Shown here in pieces: positions 46,507 to 55,983 of a DNA stretch of 64,000 nt (the stretch's first letter is position 1; the number at the start of each line of letters is the position of its first letter). This stretch comes from a virus (lineage: Duplodnaviria > Caudoviricetes): IMG/VR virus record IMGVR_UViG_3300010429_001449; one strand, given 5' to 3'. The notes under the pieces were generated by a model. The model saw nothing but the letters and a program-made list of their open reading frames with translations. It was not told where the DNA came from and ran no database searches. The position numbers and the translations under genes are program-made.

Positions 46507-48410
46507 TTCTCCACTTCCTCCACATCAACGGCCTGCGGTTGAAGCTGACGAGCACTAGAATCCATACTCATCAGGAGCGCCTTCATAGCGCTTTCCGTTG
46601 TTGCCTGTATTGATGCTAGAGCAATCGAAATTAGCTTGTCAACATTTTCTTTAGAAGAATTTTCTGTCGATTTCAGCGAGATAGCCTTGTGCCCCTTTAC
46701 GTCGTCAGTAACACGCTTGGGGCCGCTTGGCAACGCTGGCGGCTTTTTACCGCTTGGCTTCTCTCTGTCATCATCCTGCTGTTGACCGCCTTGTCCACCT
46801 TGACCACCTTGACCACCTTGACCGCCTTGTTGTTGCTGTTGCATCTGCATCAACTGCATCATACCCTCTTGTCCTTGCTTCTGGATAAGAAGGGCTGCGC
46901 CCGCCTTCATTTCCGCCAAAGCAATATCACGCGGCTTGTCGGCAAACTGGAATTCCTTTGGGAAACGAGGCTTGCCGAGCGCGTCGCGGATTTCGTTGGG
47001 CGTAATCGCGCACATCTTAGAGTACATCTCATCTACTCTAGCGCGTTCCGACGGGTCCGTAATCTGTAACCGCTCAAAACGCAGGATAACAACAGCGTCA
47101 GCACCAAGAATATCCTTCACCAAGAACTGATTGAGCATGTGCTCGATTTCGAGCCGCTCAGGTTCAAATTCTTGGTCGTTGGTCAATTCGCGGCTTGCGT
47201 ACGCCGCCGACTTGTTGACGTTTTCAGACGTGAAAAAGATACGAGCGATTCCGAATGCCTGGCGGATTTCTTCGTCGTTCGCCTCGCGGTACTTGAGGAA
47301 ACTGGCGTCCTCGGCACTCCCAACCGTGATGGGCTGTAGCTCGATCTTGGCCGATTCTTCCTTCGCAAAACCTACACGGGTCACTTCGGTCTGCAGAACC
47401 AGAACGCGGTGAGAGTTCTCCAAGCCCTGCAACTTGGCCTTCAAGAACTCCTCTATCTGCTGGATAGATTTGGAATCCAGCTTGCCGCCGGAAACGAGGA
47501 CGGCCAGTCTAGGAACAGCGTCGTTCTCGAAGAATTTGACGTTCCAAATGCCCGCCATTCGACTGCCAGAGATGGCCGGAGCCGCAGAGACGTAGCGAGG
47601 AACACCGTAGAAAGACGATGCGGGAGAATAGAGCCAAATGCGCAGGATTTCCGTAGCCTGCCGCTCCAACGGCACATTCTCAGCGTATTCTCCGGTGATA
47701 GCGTCCATCGTACGCTTGTCGCCGAACGCCTTGAAGTACCGCTTTTTGTTGCCGCGAATCTGAACAAAGCCTTCTACTCTAGTTTGCCCGGTTCTATCGT
47801 CCCGAAGCCGTCTCCGCCGCATACTGACGGTGGGCGCGTGGTAGATGTTACTGATTTCCCCGGAACGATTTCGAGTAACCTCGATGTAACCGTCGCCCAT
47901 CGCCTCTTCGTCGAACTTGACCCGATACATGACGGACGTAAAGTCCATCTCTTCGTTAGGCCGTTCCAGAATGAGACGGAGTTTCTCCGTCTGCATAACG
48001 ATCTTTTCCCGCAACTCATCCGGAATGTCAGGGGGCAAGAACGGCCCGCTGCCGGAAACGGCCATCTTCCGACGAATACTCGGGTGGACGGGAGCCGGTT
48101 CGATGTACCAACCCAAGCCTACCGTATTCCTGGCGTACGTAGAAATGCAACGGCGTAACCGCGTGCTTACTTCTGGAATTTGCGCCCACACAGCGGGGTC
48201 GTACTTGGGGACGACGTACTGACCTTTGGCCTGAACTTCAAAAGGGTCTTCAAGCTGCTTGGACCCGCCCCCGTTTTCGCCGTTGTCGTGGTAAGCCAAT
48301 TCCCTCTGAGGGAATGTGGATACCGGTACCCCTAGCTGGGTTACTTTCAGAATGGCTGCCTGCTCAGGAATCTCGTCCCTGAGCTTCAACAGAGTCTGTG
48401 CTCCGCCCAT
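46503..48410 (-). CDS. Portal protein
   Basis: D.EA.GDGYIEV.R, YH.P, YGVP, N..FFEN..VP...V.V.GG, SFLKYR, ITPNEIR..LG motifs. QGG repeat tail. Confidence 0.93.
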   Translation of the reverse strand: MGGAQTLLKLRDEIPEQAAILKVTQLGVPVSTFPQRELAYHDNGENGGGSKQLEDPFEVQAKGQYVVPKYDPAVWAQIPEVSTRLRRCISTYARNTVGLGWYIEPAPVHPSIRRKMAVSGSGPFLPPDIPDELREKIVMQTEKLRLILERPNEEMDFTSVMYRVKFDEEAMGDGYIEVTRNRSGEISNIYHAPTVSMRRRRLRDDRTGQTRVEGFVQIRGNKKRYFKAFGDKRTMDAITGEYAENVPLERQATEILRIWLYSPASSFYGVPRYVSAAPAISGSRMAGIWNVKFFENDAVPRLAVLVSGGKLDSKSIQQIEEFLKAKLQGLENSHRVLVLQTEVTRVGFAKEESAKIELQPITVGSAEDASFLKYREANDEEIRQAFGIARIFFTSENVNKSAAYASRELTNDQEFEPERLEIEHMLNQFLVKDILGADAVVILRFERLQITDPSERARVDEMYSKMCAITPNEIRDALGKPRFPKEFQFADKPRDIALAEMKAGAALLIQKQGQEGMMQLMQMQQQQQGGQGGQGGQGGQGGQQQDDDREKPSGKKPPALPSGPKRVTDDVKGHKAISLKSTENSSKENVDKLISIALASIQATTESAMKALLMSMDSSARQLQPQAVDVEEVEK

Positions 48411-48413
48411 CGG

Positions 48414-48740
48414 CTACGTTTCCTCGGTAAATGTCATAATGACATGGTGGGGATCGTTGACGATCCCAGTCGTCTTGAAGCGGATTTTTGATCCGGCTTC
48501 GAGGTAAATTGGCTGCGGATTGGCTGCGTTGGGAAAGGCGTAGTATTGTGTCGCGCCAGTCGTTTCAATGACGATCTCTACTCCACGGACAAGAACAGAC
48601 AGCGTGATAACCGGCGTGTCGTTCGTGTCCGCCTGGTATAGAACGTTCCTGAGCGCAAAAGACCCCGACTTGGGAGCAAACACCACGTCAATCTCGGCAG
48701 GGCCTGTTGCGTGATGCTCGAAATGAATGACATTACCCAT
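48414..48740 (-). CDS. Small beta-rich hypothetical protein
   Basis: SD AGGAGG. P.YLEAG..I motif. Confidence 0.65.
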   Translation of the reverse strand: MGNVIHFEHHATGPAEIDVVFAPKSGSFALRNVLYQADTNDTPVITLSVLVRGVEIVIETTGATQYYAFPNAANPQPIYLEAGSKIRFKTTGIVNDPHHVIMTFTEET

Positions 48741-48774
48741 CTGGCGACCTCCTAAACAGGCAACTGACGCTTAC

Positions 48775-48803
48775 ACTATACCTCACGACGCGCCCTTCGT
48801 GAA
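48775..48803 (-). promoter_or_regulatory. Possible promoter for the head operon
   Basis: TTCACG-17-TATAGT. Confidence 0.45.
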
Positions 48804-49514
48804 GTACTTTTCCACAAGAGTTTTGGCCACCATGAAAAGAAGGCCGCTGCCAAAGCCGACGCCAGCGGAAACCACGGCAATCTTGACGGTCAACTTGAAG
48901 AGTTCATTTCTGAGATCAGCCACGCTCTTTTGTACCTCGCCGACAATCTTCTCAATACCAACAAAGCGATCTTCGAGCCGCCTGCTTTTCTCTGCGCTAA
49001 GATCATCACAAACCTTTTTCTGCGCAGTGACGGCCCTAGCCGTTTTTTCTTCCGTCTGCTGCAACGTCTCTTTAACGGCGATTGCCACGGCAACCTCGAT
49101 TCTGTCTTCGCTGGCGCGGCGAACCTCTTCGTCCTGCTGTCTCCGACACGCGGCGACTCTAGCCTCACTGCGCTGCTCTCCTTCTTTGATAGCCGAATAA
49201 ATCCTGTCTATCTTTGTGTCAATATCCGCTCGAAATGCGTCCAGCTTTTTGTCAAAACGAGTCTCGAAGACCGTGACCTTTCCACCAATATCGTTCAGAG
49301 CCTCCCCGATTCGTTTGAAGGCGTCGCACGTCTCCTGATCCGCTCGTATAGCCTCGCGTTCGTCCTCGTCTTGTTTAACAATATGAGCTTCTAGCTCATC
49401 GCGCAGAGTAACAAGCGCAGCCTTCTGCTCATCATTCTGACGACTCACGTCGCGTTGCAGTAATTCGATGTTGTGTTGTATCAAGCCGCCCGCATCGGGT
49501 AAATCGTTTCCCAC
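48783..49514 (-). CDS. Coiled-coil protein with C-terminal transmembrane helix
   Basis: Long heptad repeats followed by IAVVSAGVGFGSGLLFMVA. Confidence 0.72.
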   Translation of the reverse strand: MGNDLPDAGGLIQHNIELLQRDVSRQNDEQKAALVTLRDELEAHIVKQDEDEREAIRADQETCDAFKRIGEALNDIGGKVTVFETRFDKKLDAFRADIDTKIDRIYSAIKEGEQRSEARVAACRRQQDEEVRRASEDRIEVAVAIAVKETLQQTEEKTARAVTAQKKVCDDLSAEKSRRLEDRFVGIEKIVGEVQKSVADLRNELFKLTVKIAVVSAGVGFGSGLLFMVAKTLVEKYFTKGAS

Positions 49515-49544
49515 AGATGTTGCTCCAAGACTTCATGGCCGATT

Positions 49545-49946
49545 TTAAGGTTCCTCCACGATGAGCACAGAACAGCCTTTTGTTCCAGTCTCAGCAGCTT
49601 CAATGCGATGTTCTACGTTTGGAGGAATCAATACCGCGTGGGGCGCGACAACACACCGCGCCGCCTCTCCTTTCAGTATAACATTAATAGAACCTCTGAT
49701 CAGAACTATTTCTTCCGATTTTTCGGGATGAGTGTGCCACACTTCCAAGGCTACGCGCTGATCAAACCAGAATAGCGAAATGCTGTAGTCAGAGTTGGCG
49801 TGAATCAAACGACCGCTCAGCCCACGACCGAAACAAAGAGATTCGACTTTGGTGACGGACGAAGCGCGTTCCTCGAAGCGAGTACGCACTTTACCTATGC
49901 TGGACAACGCCCGAACAACGGTAGAATCGAGAGTAGCGTCGCCCAT
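49545..49946 (-). CDS. Cupin-fold protein
   Basis: HTHPEKSEEIVLIRG...VLIPPNVEH cupin motifs. Confidence 0.8.
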   Translation of the reverse strand: MGDATLDSTVVRALSSIGKVRTRFEERASSVTKVESLCFGRGLSGRLIHANSDYSISLFWFDQRVALEVWHTHPEKSEEIVLIRGSINVILKGEAARCVVAPHAVLIPPNVEHRIEAAETGTKGCSVLIVEEP

Positions 49947-49958
49947 TGTGATCCTTCC

Positions 49959-50459
49959 TCAGAACGAAAGTGTAAAAGAGTCAAGCCAGATTGCTTCGCC
50001 ACTCTCTGTCTTGATCTGAACTTCCCACGTAACCGACCCGGAATTAACCAGATTACTGATCGCCTCAGTTACTACCTCGGTAAAGTCCACGCTGTTGATC
50101 CCGGTGATCTCACAGATCGTGGTGTTGTTCGTGGTGTCCTGAATCCTGATTGACCCATTGTCGCCCGCAGCATTGGCGGTCTTCACCAAGAAACTCGCCT
50201 TGACCGGCCATCCATCTGCGAATCCGCCGTTGTAAGTCATCGTGTAGACGGTCTGGTACACATCCGATTCGATGGCGGCGCTGTGAACATCAAAAGCCTG
50301 CGATGTTCCTGCGTGTTTTCCGTACTCTAGTAGAGTAATGCTGTCTTCGTCAATCGTGTGCGCCGCGTTATTAGGGCACACGGTGGGCACGGTAGGAGAC
50401 CAAACGTAAACCATCTTGGCCTCTGTCACACACCACAGTCTGTATTTTGCCCAGCTCAT
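49959..50459 (-). CDS. Fibre-array protein (modules F+E)
   Basis: N-terminal KYRLWC.TE...PT.CPNN..H.ID module. C-terminal domain shared with 50456-51037 (RIQDTTNN / RVYDVTNN; EVQIK / EFQVK). Confidence 0.65.
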   Translation of the reverse strand: MSWAKYRLWCVTEAKMVYVWSPTVPTVCPNNAAHTIDEDSITLLEYGKHAGTSQAFDVHSAAIESDVYQTVYTMTYNGGFADGWPVKASFLVKTANAAGDNGSIRIQDTTNNTTICEITGINSVDFTEVVTEAISNLVNSGSVTWEVQIKTESGEAIWLDSFTLSF

Positions 50460-51037
50460 TCCATGATCACCAATTTCACTGTGTCTGCGAAGATTCTGCC
50501 TTCAGCAACACTCGTCCGCTTGACCTGAAACTCGAACACGGACATGTCAGACGGCATGTTAGACAGGTCGCCGACGGCCATCACCGGGTCTGCATTATTC
50601 AGTTTGGCAGACAAGTACACTACAGCATTGTTCGTGACATCGTAGACACGAAACTTGCCTTCTACACTCGGATCAACCCAGCTAATGAACGCGCACTTAT
50701 TGGGTACTTGCTTGAAACAGTGAGGACAGTAAATGAAGCTGCCAATCTTAGTCCACACAGCGGCACTGGAGTTTACATTAGGTATATTCCAGTTGACTAC
50801 CGTAGTAACCGGCTTGGGCGTGGAGTCTCCTGAAGGAAGTGCCGCGACTATTCCATCAAGATCGGCCTCTTGCTCCTGTGTAAGCTCCACCAAGAACATG
50901 ACAGAGAGAATCTCAGTGTCGTCAGACCAAGATGATCCTGCGTAATCCTCTATATTCAAGAGTTCGCTGTTGATTATATCCTGTCTCAACTTGTAGAAGT
51001 CAGGCTCTTGCGCTTTGGAATAATCGTATTGAGTCAT
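50456..51037 (-). CDS. Fibre-array protein (modules D+E)
   Basis: N-terminal PD...L..DI...Y.G..W.D...Q.A.L...VAAL shared with 53563-54210. Confidence 0.65.
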   Translation of the reverse strand: MTQYDYSKAQEPDFYKLRQDIINSELLNIEDYAGSSWSDDTEILSVMFLVELTQEQEADLDGIVAALPSGDSTPKPVTTVVNWNIPNVNSSAAVWTKIGSFIYCPHCFKQVPNKCAFISWVDPSVEGKFRVYDVTNNAVVYLSAKLNNADPVMAVGDLSNMPSDMSVFEFQVKRTSVAEGRIFADTVKLVIME

Positions 51038-51048
51038 TCAACCCTCCG

Positions 51049-52020
51049 TCAAAGCTGTGTTACTCTCATGGCAATTATTCTAGCCCGGCGTATGTACGCC
51101 GTGTAGGAGCCACTTAATGACTTGTACTGCAATCTCATGCTCTGCGCGGCAGAGATGCCGGGTCTCAGAGAAACTCCGCTGATTGGAACAAAGCCTTCGT
51201 TGCCGTCGCTACTCCGCGAGAAGTCGAACTCCTCTACGCCACGCGCTTCCTCAAACGATGTATTATTCTCTAAGAGTCTCCAGCCGACACCGGAAGAGGA
51301 TGAACTGTTCACTGCTATCTCGGCGGACCAGAATACGAAGTAGTCGCCAGAAGACGGGGGCGTGAAATCCAGTTGAGCCTTAGTCTGAAAACTCGTTGAC
51401 GACGTGCTTGACTCTCCTACGCTGGATGTAAAATAAAGCTGTGGCGATGTATATATCGACCCGGCACTGTCAGGCTGGAACGATACCGAAAGCAGACTTC
51501 CAGAGACTGTCCAGTCTACCCCCGCGCCGATATTCAGGGACAAATTAGGGCTAGTAGGCGAAGTCTTAGTCAGAATCCCTGTGGCTGGATTAGATGCGGC
51601 GAGGTAAAAATCAGCACCCACATCAGTGTTGGCAAAGCCTGAGACCTGCGTGTTTCTACCGGACGTGTAGACCTTCCCTGTAGAACCACTGGGTACTGAG
51701 GCAAGGACAAATCCGTGCGCGATCTTTATTCCAGCGGCATTCGACGCAGTAGCATACTGCATCTCGACCCGTGACTGTGCCACGTTGTACGTCAGATAAA
51801 CGTATCTGCCCGCCGCGATAGGCGCTCCTGTGTTGTTGTACGCTGAAATCTCAGAAGTGCCGGGAGGAACTAACGACGGCGAAAGACGCCCGTCTGCGCC
51901 CGCAGCGAGCAGACGACCTGCGTCCCCTGTGCCCGGAGTCGTAGAACCGTCCACGGCAGTCTGCACAACGCGGTCAGGAGTCGGGGTCGTTTGGATTTGT
52001 TCGTATTGGTCGCCTGCCAT
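51049..52020 (-). CDS. Fibre-array protein (modules A+B+C)
   Basis: AGRLLA.G.DGRL..SL.P, AHGFVL, and C-terminal AYIRRARI. Confidence 0.68.
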   Translation of the reverse strand: MAGDQYEQIQTTPTPDRVVQTAVDGSTTPGTGDAGRLLAAGADGRLSPSLVPPGTSEISAYNNTGAPIAAGRYVYLTYNVAQSRVEMQYATASNAAGIKIAHGFVLASVPSGSTGKVYTSGRNTQVSGFANTDVGADFYLAASNPATGILTKTSPTSPNLSLNIGAGVDWTVSGSLLSVSFQPDSAGSIYTSPQLYFTSSVGESSTSSTSFQTKAQLDFTPPSSGDYFVFWSAEIAVNSSSSSGVGWRLLENNTSFEEARGVEEFDFSRSSDGNEGFVPISGVSLRPGISAAQSMRLQYKSLSGSYTAYIRRARIIAMRVTQL

Positions 52021-52964
52021 TATCCTACCCTCTCAGCAATCAAACTAGAGCGAGTGATCGTACCTGCCGAGGCTACGTTCGTTCCTGTGATGACAAGCGT
52101 ATAAGCATAGGCAACGCCCGCCGTCAATGACCGCCTGACGGCGAACGAGAAAGTGCTCGTCAAGTTGATTTGCGCTCCTATCCGATGAAGGATAGTCGCT
52201 CCTTCGTAACCGTAGAACTGGACTTGAGCGGCAGTGCCTCCTGTTCTTAGCACTTCTCCGTTCCCAATGATCGTGTACTCTCCAGTCAGGTAAGGAGTAA
52301 TGTTCAACGTCACAGCCGTGGTAGACCCTACACCAGCTACGGGCACAGACGCGGTGTTGGAGACGGAGTGCTTCTCCTTGAACGAAAACTGGTTGAACAA
52401 CACCTTAGCAGCGCCTGCGTTGACATCGTAGATATGGCCGACAGGTTGAACAACGCAGTCAGCCGTGTGTGTCACGCCCGCGACGTTGTTTCCCGTCGTG
52501 TCGCTGTCCGGCGGTGTGTAATCGCACTTGCCCGCGTTCCCGCTTTCGGCAAGCCAGAGGAGCTTTCCTCGATCCGCAACCGCAAAGCCACCGCCAGTGT
52601 GAATGGCGTAAGGATTCAGACCAAAGGTGTAAACATTGGCGGAGCCGGGGAACACCGGGGTGTCGAGAACAAAGCCGTGCGCCAGCTTGACTACCCCGCC
52701 AGAAAGAGTCGAGTCCGCTTTGCGGACATTCAAAACGCCGCCATTGTTGTAGAGGTTGACCCACTGACCCTGAGTCAACGCCTCAGACATAGGAACCAAA
52801 AGAGGACCGGTAGCTTGAGACGGCAGGAGTGTGGCTGACAGTAATCCGTTGGCATCGAGGGCGACGAGCTTTCCGTTGTCACCCGCGCCTGAGTAGGTTG
52901 TTATCCCCTCGCGGGCTTTTTGCTCGCCGTTCGACAAGTCTTGCAGTATGTAACGGTCAGCCAT
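52020..52964 (-). CDS. Fibre-array protein (modules A+B plus C-like domain)
   Basis: GKLVALDANGLL..TLLP, SEAL..G.WVN.Y...VRKAD, AHGFVL. Confidence 0.68.
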   Translation of the reverse strand: MADRYILQDLSNGEQKAREGITTYSGAGDNGKLVALDANGLLSATLLPSQATGPLLVPMSEALTQGQWVNLYNNGGVLNVRKADSTLSGGVVKLAHGFVLDTPVFPGSANVYTFGLNPYAIHTGGGFAVADRGKLLWLAESGNAGKCDYTPPDSDTTGNNVAGVTHTADCVVQPVGHIYDVNAGAAKVLFNQFSFKEKHSVSNTASVPVAGVGSTTAVTLNITPYLTGEYTIIGNGEVLRTGGTAAQVQFYGYEGATILHRIGAQINLTSTFSFAVRRSLTAGVAYAYTLVITGTNVASAGTITRSSLIAERVG

Positions 52965-52970
52965 AACAAG

Positions 52971-53549
52971 CTACTCTACTTCTATCGGCTCCTGTGGGAG
53001 AAACGCTACCTTAGCAGGTGAGCCAGAGGCGTCCGTCAGAATTCCTACCTTCTGGAGAAGGTACGGTGTGCCCAACGCAGTAACTTCCGTAACATCAGTC
53101 GTCCCTTTGCCTTCAAAACCGCCACCGCCATACAAGTAGACGTACTTGCCTTCAAACGACTGATCCAGATCAGCCTCATCAGCCTTACTGTTCTCTCCGT
53201 CTATGTAGATATCCGCAGTACCGGCTGGCCCTGGAACCGGACCAGCAACAGCGGCCAAGATGTAACCATTGCACGGCTTAGTCGGGTCAGAAGCGTCCGC
53301 CTTCTCAACTTCTCTTGTGCCTACATTGTCGTAGAAGTGGACAAAATCTCCAGCGAGCAAATCCTCTACAGCTACAGCTTGAACGGTCTCAACACCGCCG
53401 GGAAGCAACGATGCGTCAACCAGACCGCTCGCATTTAGTCCTACGACCTCGCCTGCACTGGCGCTCACGCTAGATGTGCGCGGCGTGCTCCACTTCTGAC
53501 CACCGTTTGCGGGGTCAATCGTTAGAAATCTTGTTTTGTCACCGGCCAT
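52971..53549 (-). CDS. Fibre-array protein (modules A+B)
   Basis: GEVVGLNASGLVD.SLLP, E.L.AGDFV..Y...V.KADA, NGYIL. Confidence 0.68.
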   Translation of the reverse strand: MAGDKTRFLTIDPANGGQKWSTPRTSSVSASAGEVVGLNASGLVDASLLPGGVETVQAVAVEDLLAGDFVHFYDNVGTREVEKADASDPTKPCNGYILAAVAGPVPGPAGTADIYIDGENSKADEADLDQSFEGKYVYLYGGGGFEGKGTTDVTEVTALGTPYLLQKVGILTDASGSPAKVAFLPQEPIEVE

Positions 53550-53562
53550 ACGTCAACTCCTT

Positions 53563-54210
53563 TCAACTCTCAACCAACGCAGGTCTTGCTGGCGCGAACT
53601 CTATCGTAGCGCGTCCGCCCGCAATAACCAAGTCAATCAATTTGCCCAACACCTGAATGATGTTGTCGGCGCTGGTATCCGGCGCTGTCACCGCCGCGCC
53701 CGCCGTCGTGGACAGAAACATGTCCGATCCAACATCGGCTAGAACAAGAGCGGTGCCGTCAACCAACGGATTCTGTCCTTCAAAGTGAACTCTGACCTGA
53801 CTGCCAATCAAAACGCTGTCAAGAACGAAGCCGTCTGCGGGACGCTCGCCCGGCGTTACCGTATCCGCGTTGGCCTTCCTTACGGAACGGACGCCTGCAT
53901 TGTCGTAGATGTTGACGAACTCTCCCGCGTTCAAATTCTCGCCAGCTACAAAAAGTGTTTCGTCGGAGTAGCCTGTTGCCAGCGCCGCGATCACCGCTGT
54001 GAGCGCAGCCTGCTGCCCCATCGGTCCTACGGTCAGTGCCGCCGCCCACTGCGTCGTGAGAACGGCGGGCGTTGCGTCGTCCCAGTAGGCTCCTTCGTAG
54101 TTGCCAAAAACAGGCGCAAGCGTGGCGTCAGCCGCAATGTCCTTCTCCAACTGATGGAGATCAGGCTGTGTTGGCGACCCTGGCCAAGGATTAGGGTAAG
54201 TAACCGACAC
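53563..54210 (-). CDS. Fibre-array protein (modules D+B)
   Basis: D module, then AGE.L.AGEFVNIY...VRKANA...ADGFVL...FLSTTAG. Confidence 0.68.
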   Translation of the reverse strand: MSVTYPNPWPGSPTQPDLHQLEKDIAADATLAPVFGNYEGAYWDDATPAVLTTQWAAALTVGPMGQQAALTAVIAALATGYSDETLFVAGENLNAGEFVNIYDNAGVRSVRKANADTVTPGERPADGFVLDSVLIGSQVRVHFEGQNPLVDGTALVLADVGSDMFLSTTAGAAVTAPDTSADNIIQVLGKLIDLVIAGGRATIEFAPARPALVES

Positions 54211-54224
54211 GCTGAGCTACCTCG

Positions 54225-54776
54225 TTACGGAGCATCTACCTGAATTATGCCTATCCGCGCTCTGCGGATGTACGCTGTGCCTGCAACACCGGGACGATTC
54301 ACGTCCAACAGGACGGTGTACGGCCCCGGCACGATGATGTCAAACGCCTTGAACACGGCTTGGCCAACCCATCCCGTGGGATAGGTCGAACCGAATGTCC
54401 GCATGTCCACCTCTCCGAAGATCGGAGGCAACAACAACGGCATGTGCAGCCTGACGCCGACCCGCCCAGCCGGATTCGTTTGAGAGAGTTCGCAGTAACT
54501 CCAAAGGAAAAAGGAGCCTTCGGGCATCAACGGAATGACCAGGCTCAGCTTGTTTACCCATCCGGGCGGAATTACCGTCGTAGACAATTCGCCTTCGCTT
54601 TCGGCGTAGTAGTAAGAGAGGTCTTGGACTGCGGGGAGCAAAGAAGGATCGATTTTGCCCGTCGCCGCCAATGCAACCAGCTTGCCAGCATCACCAATGC
54701 CTGAGAAGGTAACAATACCTTCACGAGCCTTCTTAGTGCTGGTCGCAAGATCAACTCTTACGTATCTGTCTGCCAT
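54225..54776 (-). CDS. Fibre-array protein (modules A+C)
   Basis: GKLVAL..TGKID.SLLP, then YYAESEGE.ST...AYIRRARI. Confidence 0.68.
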   Translation of the reverse strand: MADRYVRVDLATSTKKAREGIVTFSGIGDAGKLVALAATGKIDPSLLPAVQDLSYYYAESEGELSTTVIPPGWVNKLSLVIPLMPEGSFFLWSYCELSQTNPAGRVGVRLHMPLLLPPIFGEVDMRTFGSTYPTGWVGQAVFKAFDIIVPGPYTVLLDVNRPGVAGTAYIRRARIGIIQVDAP

Positions 54777-54778
54777 GC

Positions 54779-55384
54779 CTATTCGAGAAGAATCTCGTCT
54801 CCGGGCATGAAGTCAACCGAAACAGTCAAACCAACTGCGTCTATGTAGCCGAGGTCTTCCACCAAATCGCCTACCGCGTACGCCGAAAGATCGTCCGTCA
54901 TCTCTCCAGCCGTCTTTGACAAGTAAACGCGCTTCCCCAAATCGGCTGCAACCCACGCTCCGAGCGGAACTTGCGTATTGATACCGTCTGTGTAAACGTC
55001 GACGTACCAATTGCCGCCTGCGGGGGGAATTTCCTGCGGAGTATCTACGATATAGCCGTTGGCGGGATAAGGCGTCGGACCGCTCGCATTGGCCCTGCGC
55101 ACTTCCGGCGTTCCTGCGCTGTCGTAGACGTGAACCCAGTGTCCTTTGATCAGGAAACCAACCTCGGCGGCGCGGACGTGAACCGCAGCGATAATCGTTG
55201 GACCAACGCCGGGAGGAAGCAATGTCGGGCTGAGCCGAGGCAGGCCAAGAACGGTGTCCAGACCCACGACCTCGCCCGCTTCCTCGCTGCCGTCCGCAGC
55301 CGTGCGCGGAGTGCCTCTTATGCGCTTGCCTAAATCCACGCCAGTCAGCGGGACAGCGATGAAAGATTTCTTGTCTTCAGACAC
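54779..55384 (-). CDS. Fibre-array protein (modules A+B)
   Basis: GEVVGLD...L..TLLP, VRRANA, ANGYI, YLSKTAG. Confidence 0.68.
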   Translation of the reverse strand: MSEDKKSFIAVPLTGVDLGKRIRGTPRTAADGSEEAGEVVGLDTVLGLPRLSPTLLPPGVGPTIIAAVHVRAAEVGFLIKGHWVHVYDSAGTPEVRRANASGPTPYPANGYIVDTPQEIPPAGGNWYVDVYTDGINTQVPLGAWVAADLGKRVYLSKTAGEMTDDLSAYAVGDLVEDLGYIDAVGLTVSVDFMPGDEILLE

Positions 55385-55953
55385 TACGAGGGAACCTCAA
55401 CCGGTTGATCCGGAATGAAATCGGCTGCGGAAGGCGTCGGAGCGACGTTCTGCTCAATGACAAAACCCACGACTTGAATGATGTAAGGCGTTCCTAACGC
55501 GATAACATCGTTCAAATCCGTCGTGGCCTTGCCGAGTTGGCAGAGGTAAAGAGGAAGGCCGTCGTCGGTCGCGCCTATGTCGGTGGAATCAACCTTGTCA
55601 TTAACGCCGTCCGTGTAGACTTTGGCGGTTTGAGTTATCAGCCAGTTCTCTAGCACGTAACCATTGGCAAACTTGTCTGGATCATCCGCACTGGCGCGGC
55701 GTACTCGCGTGGCTCCTGCGCCGCCGTCGTGATAGACGTTGACGTAATCGCCCTCCGAAAGACCTTCTGATGCTTCGATACTGCGGTAGCCCGTGCTGGA
55801 GGGAAGCAACGTAGAATCAATGACGCCTGCGCCGTTCAAACCAACGACATCGCCAGGCTGTTCGCTGCCATCGGCTACCGTAACAGGGGTAGTCAACGCA
55901 TCAAGGCCGTTGGCTGCGTCTATCGTCCAGAATGTCTTTTTTCCGACCGCCAA
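55384..55953 (-). CDS. Fibre-array protein (modules A+B)
   Basis: GDVVGLNGAGVID.TLLP, ASEGL..GDYVNVY, VRRA.A, ANGYVL. Confidence 0.68.
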   Translation of the reverse strand: MAVGKKTFWTIDAANGLDALTTPVTVADGSEQPGDVVGLNGAGVIDSTLLPSSTGYRSIEASEGLSEGDYVNVYHDGGAGATRVRRASADDPDKFANGYVLENWLITQTAKVYTDGVNDKVDSTDIGATDDGLPLYLCQLGKATTDLNDVIALGTPYIIQVVGFVIEQNVAPTPSAADFIPDQPVEVPS

Positions 55954-55983
55954 AGCAAACCCTCCGTACCAGCCTTTTTCATC

